From NCBI GenBank assembly GCA_013265495.1, contig MU057377.1, forward strand, positions 248,001 to 312,000: a stretch of DNA of 64,000 nucleotides. The letters are read 5' to 3'. Under the pieces are notes generated by a model, which ran no database searches, had not been told where the DNA came from, and was given only the letters and a program-made list of their open reading frames with translations. Made by a program: the position numbers and the translations under genes. Shown in pieces: positions 49,500-62,887 of the stretch (positions are counted from its first letter, which is position 1; the number at the start of each line of letters is the position of its first letter). This DNA is from Vicugna vicugna (taxonomy: Eukaryota).

Positions 49500-50009
49500 C
49501 TGATGGAAGTGCAGTTGGCTTACGTTGTTCTGCTTCCTGGTGTGCAGCATAGTGACTCGGTTATACATACAGAACTGAAGATATAATATATATAATACAC
49601 ATAACTGAGTATATATAACTGAATATATATATTCTTTTTCAGATTTGTTTCCATTGTAGGTTATTACAAGGTATTGAATATAGTTCCCTGTGCTGTACAG
49701 TAGGACCTTGCTGCTTATCTGTTTTATACATAGTAGTGTGTCTGTGTTAATCCCAAACTCCTAATTTATCCCTGTCTCCCTCCCTGCCTTTCCCATTAGG
49801 TAACCATAAATTTCTTTTCTATATCTCTGAGTGAGTTTCTATTTTGTAAATAAGTTGATTTGTGTCATTTTTTTAGATTCCACGTATAAGTGATATCATA
49901 TGGTATTTGTCTTTCTCTGCCTGACTTACTTCACTTAGTATGATCATCTCTGGGTCCATCCATGTTGCTGCCAGTGGCATTGCTTCATTCTTTTTTATGG
50001 CTGCATAGT

Positions 50010-50048
<39 letters not shown>

Positions 50049-51470
50049 CCCACAGCTTCTTTATTCATCTGTTAATGGACGCTTAGGTTGTTTCCACATC
50101 TTGGCTGTTGTGATTAGTGCTGCTGTGAACATGTGCGGATGTCTCCAGGAGACAGTGATTCCATTTCCTCCTGATAAACACCCAGGAGTGGAATTGCTGA
50201 CATACAGTAATTCTGTTTTTAGTCTTTTGGGAACCACCATACGGTTTTCCACAATGGCTGCACCAGTTTACATTCCCATCAGCGGTGCACACAGGTTCAT
50301 TTTCTTCGCGTCTTCTCTTGTCTTTTTAACACTAACCATTCTGACGGATGTGAGATGTTACCCACTGCAGTTTTGATTGGCATTTTCCTGTTGGTTAGTG
50401 ACACTGAGCACCTCATGTCCTCGATGACCGTTTGCATGGCCGTGTCTTTGGAAAAATGTCTATCCCAGTCCTTTGCACATTTTTAATCAGATAATCATTA
50501 TTATATTTGCTATTGTATGCAGTATGTGAGTTTCTTACGTATTCTGTATGTTAACCCCTCCTTAGATATGTGATTTGCAAATATTTTCTTCCATTCCGTG
50601 AGAATGGGAGACATTTTCATTCTGTTGATCATTTCTTCTGCTGTGCGGATGCATTTTAGTTGGATGTGGTCCCACTTGTTGACTTTGGCTTTTGTTGCTT
50701 GTGCTTTTGGTGTCCTCGCCAAAACATCATTTTCAAGTCCAACGACAGGGGGCTTCCCCCCTATGTTTTCTTCTGTTCGAGGGGTTTTACAGTTTCAAGT
50801 CTTACGTTTAAGTCCTTAACCCATTTTGAGTTAACTTACATGAGTGACGTGAGATCAAGTTCTTCTGCATGTGAATATCTGGTTTCCCAGCACCGGGTAC
50901 TGAATAGACTACCTTTCCACCACTGAGTGTTCTCGACCCCCCTGCCAAATGTTACTTGACCACAGTGCATGGGATGATTTCTGGGCTCATGATTCTGTTC
51001 CATTGGTTTTCACACCGATAACAGATTGCTTTAATTACTGTAGCTTTGTAATGTAGTTTAAAATCAGGACTATGGTGGTTCAACTTTGTTCTTTCTCAAG
51101 ATTGATTTGGTTATCCAGGGTCTTTTGTGGTTCCATATGAGTTTTAGGATTATTTTTTCCTGTTTTTGTGAAAATCACCATGGGAATTTTCATAGTAATT
51201 GCATTGATTCTGTGGATGGCTTTGGGTGGTGTGGACATTTTGACAGTATTAACTCTTCCTGTCCATGAACATGGGATGTCTTTCCATTTATTTATATCTT
51301 CATCAGTTTCTTTCATCAGTGTCTTAAAGTGTTTGTTGTATAGATCATTCACTTCCTTGGATATATTTATTTCATAATATTTTATTGTTTTTGATGCTGT
51401 TGCAATTGGGATTGTCTTTGTTTCTTTTTAAGATAGTTATATCATTGTTAGTGTATAGAAATGCCAGTTT
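49500..51470 (-). mobile_element. L1 (3'UTR plus degraded ORF2 C-terminal region), about 2 kb
   Basis: Minus-strand ORF fragments give L1 ORF2 peptides (KWKDIPCSWTGRVNTVKMSTPPKAIHRINAI; KAQATKAKVNKWDHIQLK; MFTAALITTAKMWKQPKRP) broken by stops and frameshifts. Confidence 0.92.
50012..50046. repeat. (TG)17 microsatellite inside the L1
   Basis: Perfect TG dinucleotide run. Confidence 0.95.
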
Positions 51471-52084
51471 GGATAATTTTTATTGGCCTGTTTTAAATTG
51501 CTGATGAGCCCATCAGAAGAATTCTTCATCTTTTATATCATGTTTTTTAAATCTCTTTATCATTCATCTTGACTGTTTCCTAGATTTCGTCTCTCTGCTG
51601 TCATCCCATCTGTTCATGTGCATTAGACACCTTTTTATTTTTTTCTTTTTACCTTTGATAGTTCTTGAGTGACAGACCCTACATGTAAAAAAGTAGTAGA
51701 GAGTAAGTTCAGTAGTGCTCACACCCAGAGATGGTGGGATGCCATTCGTGCACACGGTTGAGTCCGTCACAAGCTGAGCTGGTTGGGGTTTTGTTGTTGA
51801 CGTCACTACCTGCCGTAGGCGGCTGTTACCCCGTGTTTAGAGTGCAGGACCTCCCGGGAGGCCCTGGCAGGGTCTCCTTAGTGTTTCTCCTTTGCCCTCA
51901 GTTGTCGGCAGTCCCTGTGCCCCTGAGCCACAAGGTGGCCCTCCCAGTGTTGACCCCTTCCCTCAGCCGTTAGCTTCTGCACTGGTCACTTGGTCCTCAT
52001 TTCATGGGTTTTCTGTGCTCTGGTCCAGCTTCAGCCTCAGCAGGCCAGGTGCCCCTGTGCCTCAGGCATGGGGCTTTCTCAGCA

Positions 52085-52152
52085 TCCCTCCCTCCCCTCC
52101 CTCCCTCCCCTCTCTCCTCTCCCTCCCCTCTCTCCTCTCCCTCCCCCACCCC
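52085..52152. repeat. Polypyrimidine (CCCT/CCTCT) tract
   Basis: ccctccctcccctccctccctcccctctctcctctccctcccctctctcctctccctccccc. Confidence 0.85.
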
Positions 52153-53529
52153 GTTTCACACGTGATTGGTCCTGGGCACTTTGCAGGCTGCCTGTCCCTC
52201 CCTGGGCATAGACCTGTGCTGGTTTCCATGTAGGACTCTGTGCCTGACAGGGTCTCCTGCTCCTCCCTGGGATGTAGAGTTTGTGCCTCTCTGCCTCCCC
52301 CGTGGTCTTGGGGTTGAGTTTGCTGACATCTGCCAGCAGCTGAAGGCTTTCACTGTGCACAAATGAATGTTCTTCGAGTCAGTGGGGCTTTGTGCTGGTC
52401 CCTGCAACAGCGTCTCACCGGCTGCGGGCCTGCACCCTCGAGGGGAGCACTTCAGTCTCCTCTCTCATCCCCAGACATTCCCTACAGCACCGGGCGGGAG
52501 GGTTGCCTGGTTTGGCAAATAAAGTTACAGGACTTATCTGTGGGAAAGAGCTTGCAGGTGCGAAGGGCTCTTGTCTTAGAGACTCCCAGCTGTTCCAAAC
52601 AGCCGTGTTAGTCCAGACTCAGTCTCTAAGACCCCAGTGCATTTTAGCACATTTCTTCTTCCCTGTGTACGTGCCAGCTGCCCAGTGTGTGTGTGCACGT
52701 GCATGCCCACTTTTCCAAGGATGAAACAAGTCCTGTTTCTTACCTCTCCTCAGTGTTAACTCTGTGGGGTTTACTTTTCTTGGTTGCCTTACAACTCAGC
52801 ATTCTAATGGGTTCAAGAAAAGCTATGATTTTTTTAAAGATCATCCAGCCTTTTATCATTGTTAAGATGGGAGTTGACATTGTTTTGCTGCTTTTAGCAT
52901 TCAAAACAGGAGTGGAATTAGAAGCAAAATGAATTAAAAGTTATGATTCTTGGTCTCAAGGATTTGGTAAGGCAGGAAAGTACTCGAAAACACTGCTTTA
53001 ATAAGAGAGCATGTATCAGGTGACTGCTGAGTGATGGAGAATGTGAATGAAGCTGGCAAAGGAGGTGAGACCACCATGGACTGGGAGCCCTGATTGAGGG
53101 TTCTTGGCTGTGTCTGGACCACTTCAGAATCTCCACTCCTGAGCGAGTCCCACGTGGCACTCACCTGCTCAGAAGTAATTCTGATGCTTCTGTTCAATCC
53201 TGTTTCCTTAACTGAATAATAACAACCCTCATCACCTGAGTTCATCAGACTTCACCAAGCACGTGCCTGGCCAACCTTTCCGGTGTCCTTTTCGCCCCAA
53301 CAGAAGTATCTCTGGAAAAGTGTGTTCCTCCCTCACCTCGTCACCCTGCCACCTCACCTACCTGGAACGTTAGCGCTCTCCATCATTCTGTACTTACCAC
53401 TGGTTTTCAAAATGAGGTTAAAGCTTGCCATTTAAGAGTCTTTCTCAGGTCAATTCCCAGACATTTCTTTCCTCTGAGTCTCTAAGGACTCACTTACCTG
53501 GCATAATTAGAAGGAAAAGGGTTCCCTTC

Positions 53530-53740
53530 AGGGAGTCAGATCACCTGGGTTGGGATCTTCGGTCCGTCACTAGTTGCCTAGCCTTGCCCAAGACAGTTTA
53601 CCTTGTTAGGCTGTTGGTTCCCTAATGTGTAAAGTAGGGGAAATGCTCACCAAAGTCTGTGGTGAGGTAGATGTTTAAAGCGTGGTATATAAAGCATCTA
53701 ACACCCTGAAGCAGGCCAGTCATGAGTAAGTCACTTACAA
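53530..53740 (+). mobile_element. MIR SINE
   Basis: ggagtcagatcacctgggttgggatcttcggtccgtcactagttgcctagccttg...tgtaaagtagggg. Confidence 0.7.
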
Positions 53741-55679
53741 CGCATGTGTTTTTAAGCCTCTTTTCACATTGTAAACTGCCGTGCATTTTTAAGGTGTCGA
53801 CTGCTTTATCATTTATGCTCATATTATTTCACACAAGGATTTTTTTGTCTTAGGCCACAAAATGCATGAGCTCAGGGGGTTGCTGTAGACTTCGGTGAGC
53901 ACGGTAACACTCTGGACCTCAGTTACTTCAACTCTGAAATGGGGCCAGTAGCACAGAGAATACCTGTCAAAAAATTCATATATTACAAGTATATATAATA
54001 GAAACATATATAGCAACTTCATGAAGTGTAAAAAATTGTGTTTTCCCATTCATCTGCCTGAATGCTTGAACCCCCCTATGGATTTAAACTTACCCAGCAC
54101 CTTGCCTTAGTGTTTGTCTGCCATCTACTGACAAAAATGGTAACTGCAGGACTGGCAGGCTCCCTGTGCATCTGGGGACAACGGGTCCTCACCCTCCTGA
54201 CCTCTGATGTGCTTTGGGGAAACCATTGTCAGGAAAAGGAAGGAAACGCTGGTCTTACAGTTGTTCCTTCTTGTAACCGGACCACATCTATTTCCTGACG
54301 CCTCTCCGGCGGACGTTTGGTGGTGCTGCGACCTGCGCCTCCAGCCGGCTGTGCCAGGCCGTTCTCTTGGCTTCACTCACGGCTCCCTGTAGGCTGTGCT
54401 TCTCCCATAGGGTGTCTTCTCTGAGATGTTTCCTTCCACGCTGATAGCTTTTTTTTTTTTTTGCACGAATTAAGGATTTTTACCTTCTCAGTAAGCATCC
54501 CTTGCTATACAAGTGCGTATGACTCCCCCAATTATGTGAATTTTTCACATAGACTAGATTTGCACTTGACATTTTACATTTCCATGCAAGAAAAATTTTA
54601 TTTTATTTTAAAATTATATGCATTGGGAGTCTGATTGAGGCCACGTGACATCCAGTTCCCCATCTTATTTTTAATTGTTTGCATCAGAGAGAAGTAAAAC
54701 TCTGCTTATTTTTTCTTACAATGTGTTTTTGCACCCAAAAAATGGCACCATTTTTTTGTGTAGTGCTGGCTGCCAAGAGAGTTGCAAATGCCAGTAGTTG
54801 TTTGCTGGTTGGCATGGCCTCTGGGTCCCTCGTGAGTGACCACGGCTGAAGTTCCAACTGCACCAGATCTGAACAGTCCAGAAACTTCTACACCTCCTGA
54901 CTGGCCCCAGAGTTTACTGTTACTTGTAGGATATAATTACAGTTCTGTGTTGTTAGTTTTTTCAGTCTGCTGACGGAACCTGCTTGTTAGGAATGTTACA
55001 CTTTGACATGAACCGTGATCGGTATTGATGGTCAATTACAGACGTTTTTATCTGTGATCAGAAAGCTGAGTGCAGTTATCTCACACAACAGCTAGTTTAT
55101 ATTTGTCAGTGTTTTGTTGTATTCAGTATTTTGGCATGTTCACCATGTCTTTTTTGAAAAATCTCAAGAAAGGGAAGTTCTGTTTCTTTTGTGTGTGTGT
55201 GACTCACAGCGTGGAGGACAGAAGCACACGAGGAGTAGGTGCTTGATGGATGTTTGTGGCGGGAAGAGGTGCTAAGAACTGAAACAGGTGAGACGTGGCT
55301 GCTGCCCACTTTGAAGGCCTCTACAGAGGGTAGCTTCTGGTAGGTCCTCCAGGGACGGGACCTCTCCTGAAGGAAAACAACAGTTGCCAGTCGGGGTCTG
55401 TCCCCTGCCTCTGCCCGCCCCCCACTCTCTCACCTCGCACTCTTCCCCACCAGGTCTCTGATCTCCCCACTTCTGTAACCCTCCATAAATTGAAATCTAT
55501 CCAGCCTTTTGCCATCTTAGCATGTCTCTGCCATCTAGTGATGACAAGGAGAACTGCAAGATTAACGGGCCCTTGAATAACCCCGTGCACTGACTCGGGC
55601 TCCAACCCACAGGGCACCAGCGGCGTCTTTGAGTCCATTGAGCTTGCTCTGACCGTCCCAACACAGGACCTTTGCACAT

Positions 55680-55990
55680 CTTGTTCCCTCTTCTCATCTT
55701 CTTGCCTACTACCCTCCAGCGCTCGACTCAAACGTGCCTCAGGGAAAGCCTTCCCTCGGCCTCCCTGAGCAGGTCAGACTCCTCATAGTAATCATAGTTC
55801 AGTACAAGTTGCTGCAGTCGTAACTTTATGCTTGTTTTATGATTATTCGATTTAATTCACGTTTTGTTTACTAGACCATGATCTTCCTCGGGGCACAGAG
55901 CCCTTTTCTTGGTCATCATCGCACTGGCACTTAGCCCAGTGCCTGGCACGTAAAGGCATTTCTTTAATCTTTGTTGAATAAATGAATGTC
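55680..55990 (+). mobile_element. L2 3' end
   Basis: ctcagggaaagccttccct...ctagaccatgatcttcctcggggcacaga...cagtgcctggcacgtaaaggc...ttgttgaataaatgaatg. Confidence 0.75.
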
Positions 55991-58900
55991 CTACTCCTCT
56001 GTGCCCCGTGGGTGCTGGAAGGGCCTGTATCAGTCAGCTTAAAACTGTCTTCTTTGTGTGATTTTTTTTTTATCAGTTTTTAAGTTCACCTGAGTACTCA
56101 ACAGAAACTACCTGCTATGTATGGAGATATTCATTTATTCAGGAAACACTAACTGCCTACTTTAAAGCAAAATTTTGTCTTAAAGGGTAGAATTATAACC
56201 CCTATTTGATCTGGCTCATTGGCTGATGAGGAAACCAGTGAGCTGTAAAAAAACTGGCGCAAAGGAGAGCCCAGAGAGCAGCACCCCGGACAGGCGGGCG
56301 TGCTGAGCGCGCACCGACCATGCCGACGCCGTCGGTGTCCACGCCGTGGTAACTGCGTTTCCACTGGGCGAAACTCGCTTGCATCTGTGCAGAGAAGCAT
56401 TTGCATTACCGTCAGTCCTCAGTTACCTTCTGTCTCTACGGGGTTATAAGTAGTGAGTGTCTGTGGGTGGTGCGGCCCTCACAGCCCCAGCTCATGCCGC
56501 AGAGGGGTGCTGGACCGCACCCACATTCCTCAGAGAGGACCCTAGCCATTCGGGGCCCACCTCGCTATCTTTCACGATTTTCCTGACAGCCTCCCCACTG
56601 GTGATCATCATGACCTCAAAGATTATTCTTGATCATAGAAACCAGGCTGTTGTGATTAGGTCTGGCCTGATTATTTACACGGAGCAGCAAGAACGTCAGT
56701 TAACCGTGTACAGTACTTGAGTTGCTTTGTGGACTGAGCGGAAGGCAAGCGGGGAGCACTTGAGTCAGGAAACGAAGGATAACTAGAAAAAGAGGGGAGA
56801 AGCCAGGGAGAGGGAGGTTCTACGGGACACACAGCACGTGGGAAGGGCAGGGCAGAGGCCGGCGAGAGGAGGGTGGTGTGGTGATGCTGGAGCGAACACC
56901 TGGCGGCAGCTGAGGTCCTCAGAGGGGCTGCCTTGGCCAGGTCCCTCCGGGCTGAGTAAGGCCTGTGAGGTGGAGCAGAGCACTGTCAAGCTTGCCTCTG
57001 AAAAGATCTCAGCTTAGGGACTGTCGCATCTACCCAGCAGATGGGAGAGGCTCAGGGTGTGGGCAGTTACAGATCATCACATGAGAGTAGCAGGGACAAT
57101 GGGGACAGGAGGAGGGATGAGTGTCAGAGGGGAGATTTCAGGCAGGGGAATCAGTCCGTGCAAAGGTCCTGTGGTGGCACAAATCAGGGCAGGTATCAGC
57201 AGTGCAGGCGGGCCGTGGCAACACCTTGAGCGTCAGAGCAGCGGACCCAGGAGCCAGGTGGGCAGACGCAGTGCTGGACTGCCCAGCCCAGGAATGAAGA
57301 GCATCAGCAAGGCATTTGTCCTTCTGTTTTTCTCCAACAAATTTTTATGGAAAGCCTCTGCCTGCTGTGGCTGTGCATGCCCTGAAAGTGAGGCTGCGGC
57401 TGGTCTCTCTGAATTTTTCTCTGAATTTTTAGCATTTTTGGTGGTAGATCTGGACCGTGTTTGGCTGGGAGTGTCCTTAATGCCAGGAAGTTTCACCTTT
57501 ATCTTGAAGGGAACTCAGGCTTTTAATCAATCCAGGGAGTAAAAGGATCAGATACGAGGTTTTAAAAAAGTAACACATTGCAGAACGTTCTGACAAATGT
57601 ATATTTAGGTTTTAAAATAAAATTGGATGCTGGTGCGTCGAAGGATGGAGAGAGATCCTCTTGGTTGATTTTAGTTGTGTTCTGTTCCATGTATGTTGTA
57701 AGATGTTTGGGTGGTTGAAGTGGTTGTGTTTCATTTGGCAGAAACAGCATGTGTGCATTTTTGAGAGTTATTTGTCTAAGTAAGGTATTACTTAAGGGCC
57801 TTTATGAATCTCCAGGTCAGGTCTGATTACTGTTATCAAATCCACTAAAGTAACGGACCAAAGGAAAACCAGTGCGGGACCAAGGACCAAGATACGTACA
57901 ATGTCACTTTTTTCTTTTTCTGTAATTTCATTATTAACTAAAATACCTTCATTTCCTAAAATGTCGACCAGTTTTAAAATGTCAGAACTTGAAAAGCTTG
58001 AATTTCAGAATTGAAAGAGGCTGATTGCTAGTTTTACGGACACTCAGATAGTGTCGTTAGCGCTTCCTCGGGATTGGAGGTGGCGGGAACCAGTGTTACA
58101 GTCTTGTTTCTTGTGGCAATAAATTTAAGAAACCTGGTGATTATTAGTAGAAGAAAGGAAATCAAGAAGAAGGGAAAAAGCCTTCCCCCTTTTTCATAAA
58201 AATGTATGGAGAAAACCTCCAGACATTTCAAAATACAGAAAAGAGAAAAGCTCATGTAACGGCAGCCACACGGGCGATGGGAGGCACCTGTGACATCAGC
58301 CTGTGTTCCAGGTGCCTGTGTCATGTCCCGTCCTTTAGCTCAATTCTGAAAGAATATTTATAGGGCTTTTTTTTTTTTAATGGAAATCAACTTATTTTTT
58401 CTTCTCATTTTTTTCATCGTGTTGACTGCCTTTAGCTCTCTCTCTTAATCTATTTCGTGATCACTTTTTTTTAAAAAGCCCCTGTTCCCAAGTGTGAGCC
58501 GTATTATAACTGTCCTGGTGCCTAGTTTAGGGAGTTCTGGCTAATAATTTATGTTAAAAGTGTTCATTTCCCTCGTACACCTCTTACTGTGAGATTTCTG
58601 CCCAGGTCTGAAACAGGATAGTGTATTTTTTCTGAATACACATAATATACAGATTCTGTCCACTGGCATCTGCAACTGTTAATCCTTATAGAAAAGGCGT
58701 GTGGAAAAGTGAAGATGTGCACTGCTTTGCAAAAAGCTATATTCACGTCAAAAATGTATATATATTTTTAATTTTATTGTGTGTGTTGAGATTATTTTTC
58801 TATTTCTTAGTCGTTTATATTTTAGTTTTGGTGCAGATTTTTGGTAATGACCTATCTGTGGTGTCCGCATCCAGGTAAAGGTGTCCCCTTTTTGGCTGTG

Positions 58901-59407
58901 CACGACACGCCCTGAGGAGCACACAGTCTGGTTTCCGCAGTCTGAGCTCAGTTGCTCTGGTTCCCCCTACACTTCTGTGTATGAAATTGTGACCAGGTCT
59001 TCTGCCTGGGCCGTGTGTTCTGGGCAATTCTTGCCAAGACCAGAGGGAAAACCCAGAAACTTAATCTAACCAAGCTTCCAGATGGAATTGCCAGTCTAGA
59101 GGAAATGGGGTAAAATAACAGAAAAAGGACACAAATGGCGTCGAGGAAGGAGGAGGTGGGACGGGTTGTCCTCGGACCTGAAAGATGTGTCGACTAAATA
59201 GAGTGCAACCTTGTTGAGATTCTGGTCCAAATAAACCAACTGAAATATTTTGGGGTGTAATGAGGGAATGTAAGGTATTAAAGAGTAATTATTAACTTGT
59301 TATGTATGATGATGATATTTTGGTTGTGCTGAAATATCTTTCTGTTAAAGATACTTAACGAAGTATTTACAGGTGAAATGATGGGCTGTCTAGCATTTGA
59401 TTCAGTA

Positions 59408-59565
59408 CCTTGCTGTTCAGTGTGTGACATCTGGATCCACTAGCACCAACCTCACCTAAGAGCTTGTTAGAAATGCAGAAACTCAGAACCACTATGGAGC
59501 CAGAAACTACATTTTTACCAGTCTCCGAGAGATGCAGATGTGCGTTAAGGATTGAGAAGCATTGC
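59408..59565. mobile_element. MER5A-like DNA transposon
   Basis: tgctgttcagtgtgtg...agcaccaacctcacctaagagcttgttagaaatgcagaa...gcgttaaggattgagaagcattg. Confidence 0.75.
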
Positions 59566-59957
59566 TTTAAAATACCTGATGTGAGGGAGAGTGTGGGTGG
59601 GGGTTAAACAAAAACAAAATTGCAAATACTGCTTATTATTGAAATGAGGGGATTAGTGGCATGGTGAAGTGAGTGATTTTAAGTCAGGTGTTCCTAACTC
59701 AGGAACTGACAGACCCAGTGACTGTGTGTAGGTGTTTTCAATCCAGTGATGTGGTTTTTGTTTATTGGTTTGAGGTGCGAATAAGTGTTGAGATAAATAT
59801 TTGCCTGGTACCGTCCCCTTCTTCCTGCCCAGCTGGTCAACTTACGGGGCGGTATTCAAAAACCCTTAGTATTCCTCCCAGATCAAATTGTTCCTTAAAA
59901 TGTTTAGAAGAGACTGGTTTTAACCGCTAATGCCAGCGTGTCAATCCCTCTCTCCAG

Positions 59958-60037
59958 CCGCGCTTAAGAAGGACCCTCAAGAGCCTCGATGGTGCTCTGT
60001 GTGAGGATGACGGTGATGACATCGAGAGGGCGAGCAA
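59958..60037 (+). CDS. DENND1B: DENND1B coding exon: PRLRRTLKSLDGALCEDDGDDIERAS(K)
   Basis: Acceptor ctctctccAG|CCG, donor CAA|GTaaga; 80 nt, phase 0-2. Confidence 0.92.
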
Positions 60038-60981
60038 GTAAGACGCGGGCGTGGCGTGCTGTTAAGGGCGCGGGTCCTGGGTCACAAGAGGTGTTTCAAG
60101 GCGCGTGCGCCCTGACAGGCCACGTTTGGCCCCCTTGCGGTCTTCAGCGAGAGGGACCGGTGCTTGCTGGAATCTCATGGGGGATAGATCTTGAGATGGG
60201 AAAGCAAGATGGACCTGATGTGTCTTGTTCCTGGGAAGCTCGAAGGCCTGCAGAAGTATCTGGGCCAGTGGTGAAGGGGGAATAGGCACCCCGCCGCCTC
60301 CTGGAGAGGGCGGGTGCCGTATGGGGCAGTGACAACGCGCAACCGCGACAGCTCGGATCCGAGCGGGGAGGGACTCAAGTCTGTGGTGACACCAGAAGGG
60401 GAACACTTACTGCAAAGTTTTAAAAATTAATTGTAACATAAAATAAGGGAAATAATAATGGTATATGTTGAACTTTCTAAACAATTTTAAGATATCTGGG
60501 GATGACAAAATTGACGTTCTTTTTTTTCCCCATTGAATGTATCTTTGTTTATATAAAGAAATACGCATTCTCTAAAATGAGTGAATAAACAAATAAAAGG
60601 AAAACCATATGAAAATACTGAAAGTGAATTTGGACAGTAGCAAACTTCCCAGGTGTTCTGTCTGAAATTTCCAAGCACAGTGTCCCCAGTCCCACAGACC
60701 CAGACTGTGTGACTAGCCTGTTGTGTGTCCACAGTGAGCAGGTACCGTGCCCTTTGGTTTCTTTGTTCTCAGCGCACCTGCTCTCAAAAACTGCAGTGTC
60801 TGGGTCGGTGCACCCGTCACTGGGAAGACTTGGGCCGCGAACTGGTGATCCGAGCTCTGCTCCTCCACAGCAGCGGCCGTGGGTGTGCAGAGCCTCTCGT
60901 TGGGTGAAGGGAGTCGGGGGGAGGCGCTCGGGTGTGGCGTGCGCGGCCGTGTGACTGCTGGTGCCCCTTGCTTCCCTCCAG

Positions 60982-61198
60982 GTTGTCTTCTGAAGACGGT
61001 GAGGAAGCGTCTCCCTACTTTTACGAAAGTGACGACTCCCTTGAGATGAGAGCGAAGGCCCCGTACTCAGGCGAGATGGACTTGCTGGGCGAGATCCTCG
61101 ACACGCTGAGCACCCACAGCTCGGACCAGGGGAAGCTGGCGGCGGCCAGGAGCTTGGACTTCTTCAGGTCGATGGACGATATTGAATACCAGCCCACG
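60982..61198 (+). CDS. DENND1B: DENND1B penultimate coding exon: LSSEDGEEASPYFYESDDSLEMRAKAPYSGEMDLLGEILDTLSTHSSDQGKLAAARSLDFFRSMDDIEYQPT
   Basis: Acceptor cttccctccAG|G, donor ACG|GTgcgt; 217 nt, phase 2-0; lies within ORF 60932..61207. Confidence 0.95.
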
Positions 61199-61744
61199 GT
61201 GCGTTGATGTTTCGGCCGCTAAAATTAAGTGCAAACTTTCTCCCTCTTCCTGGGGTTGCCAGATGTTACATCTTAGTTGGTAGGAGTCAAACTCCAATGT
61301 CAAAACTTCAGAAGTATGATGAAAGTTAGCCACCAAGGGTTATTCCTAGCAGCAAAATTCCAGTATTTTCCCTTCATTTATCCAGTGCTGGTGGTTATTG
61401 CCGTTAATTGAAATTCTTTTGTCAAGCAGCAATATTCTCTTACAACCTAATTTTATAGTTGTCTTTTCTGGTGGACTTCCAAACGTGAAGTGTTCCCACT
61501 TTTTCCCTGTATTTTCTGGGTCTTGAAAAACTTTTAAGAAATGTATTTATTGAAGTGATGTTTCTTTGTATTGTTTCAGAAATTAGCAGAGTTTTAAATA
61601 GGTTGAACTGGATGCTTTAAAAACATGAGAGAAAGAAGTTTAAGTGATTTCAACCCTGTTTGATTATAATAATTTGGGAACTTGGCATTGATAATATGGT
61701 ATAGTTTTTGCCTATTTGGTTTTTTCTGGGGTTTTTTTTGCAAC

Positions 61745-62645
61745 TCTATTTTATTTTATTCTACTTTTCAGCTTTTTTAGTAATATAATGCCAAATAAAA
61801 ATGTGTATGTTTAAGGGGTACAACTTGATGTTTTCATATACATACACGCTGTGAAACAGTGACCACAGTCACGCTGACTGATGTGTTCATTGCCTCACAG
61901 CTTCCTTTCCTTTTTATTTCCCTTCTCTTCTCTTCCTTTCCTTTCCTTTGTTTTCTTTTCTTTCCTTTTCTCTTTTCTTTTCAGTAAGAACACTTAAGGT
62001 CTATTCTCTTAGCAAATTTCAAGTATACAATACAGTACTGTTAACTGTAGTCACCATGCTGTAATTGGATCTCCAGAACTTTTCCTGCTTTTCCAGAACC
62101 CTCCAGCATCTCCCCATTTCTCCTACCCCTCTGTCCCCGGCCCCTGGTTACCATCATTCTACTCTCTGCATCTATGAGTTTGACTATTTTAGATTCCATG
62201 TACAAGGAAGGCCGTGCAGTATGTGCCTTTCTGTGTCTGGCTTATTTCACGGAGCATGTCTTCCAGGTTGATCTGTGCTGTCACAAATGGCAGGATAGCC
62301 TCCTTTTTTGTAGCTGAGTAATATTCCATCTTACATATTCTCCACATTTTCTTTATCCATTCATCCATCAGTGACATTTAGGTTGTTTCCATAGCTTCAC
62401 CATTGTGAATAATGCTGCAATGAACATGCAGCTGTATCTTCAAGATACTGATTTTATTTTCTTTGGATATATACCTACAAGTGTGTGTGTGTGTGTGTGT
62501 ATTTTTTTGGCTGGGTTATAAATCCATATATATCTTTCATATATGTATATATCAGCTGATTTCCATAGTGGCTGCACCCATTTACATTCCCACCAACAGT
62601 ATGCAAGGACTTCCTTTCCTCCACGTCCTCCACCGTCACTTGTAA
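61745..62645 (-). mobile_element. L1MA-like 3' end
   Basis: ORF 62189..62377(-) MDEWIKKMWRICKMEYYSATKK matches the L1 ORF2 C-terminus; 3'UTR motifs tctattctcttagcaaatttcaagtatacaatacagtact. Confidence 0.88.
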
Positions 62646-62887
62646 TCGAGTCTGAATTTTACAGATGACAGTTGCAAAGACGTGGAAGCCAGTGTCCCTC
62701 TCACTTCTTTGCTGTTAACAGAGCCGGGGGAGGTGTTCAGAGATGACACTGGTGCTGCGCGCCTGCTGGGAGGGACCTAACCAGCCTTGGGAGAGACGAG
62801 TAGTGATTTCCAAGTAGAAAAAAAATATATTGTCTAAGTAATGCTCTCAGTGTGTTAAATTTTTTCTGAATATGTTCCTTCCCTCAG

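Noticed and set aside
50061..51352. Minus-strand ORFs resembling a retroelement protein
   Set aside because: They are broken L1 ORF2 remnants with stops and frameshifts, not an intact or domesticated gene.
56308..56340. Small hairpin caccgac...gtcggtg in a CpG-rich patch
   Set aside because: The stem is only 7 bp, which is expected by chance in GC-rich DNA, and there are no miRNA or snoRNA features.
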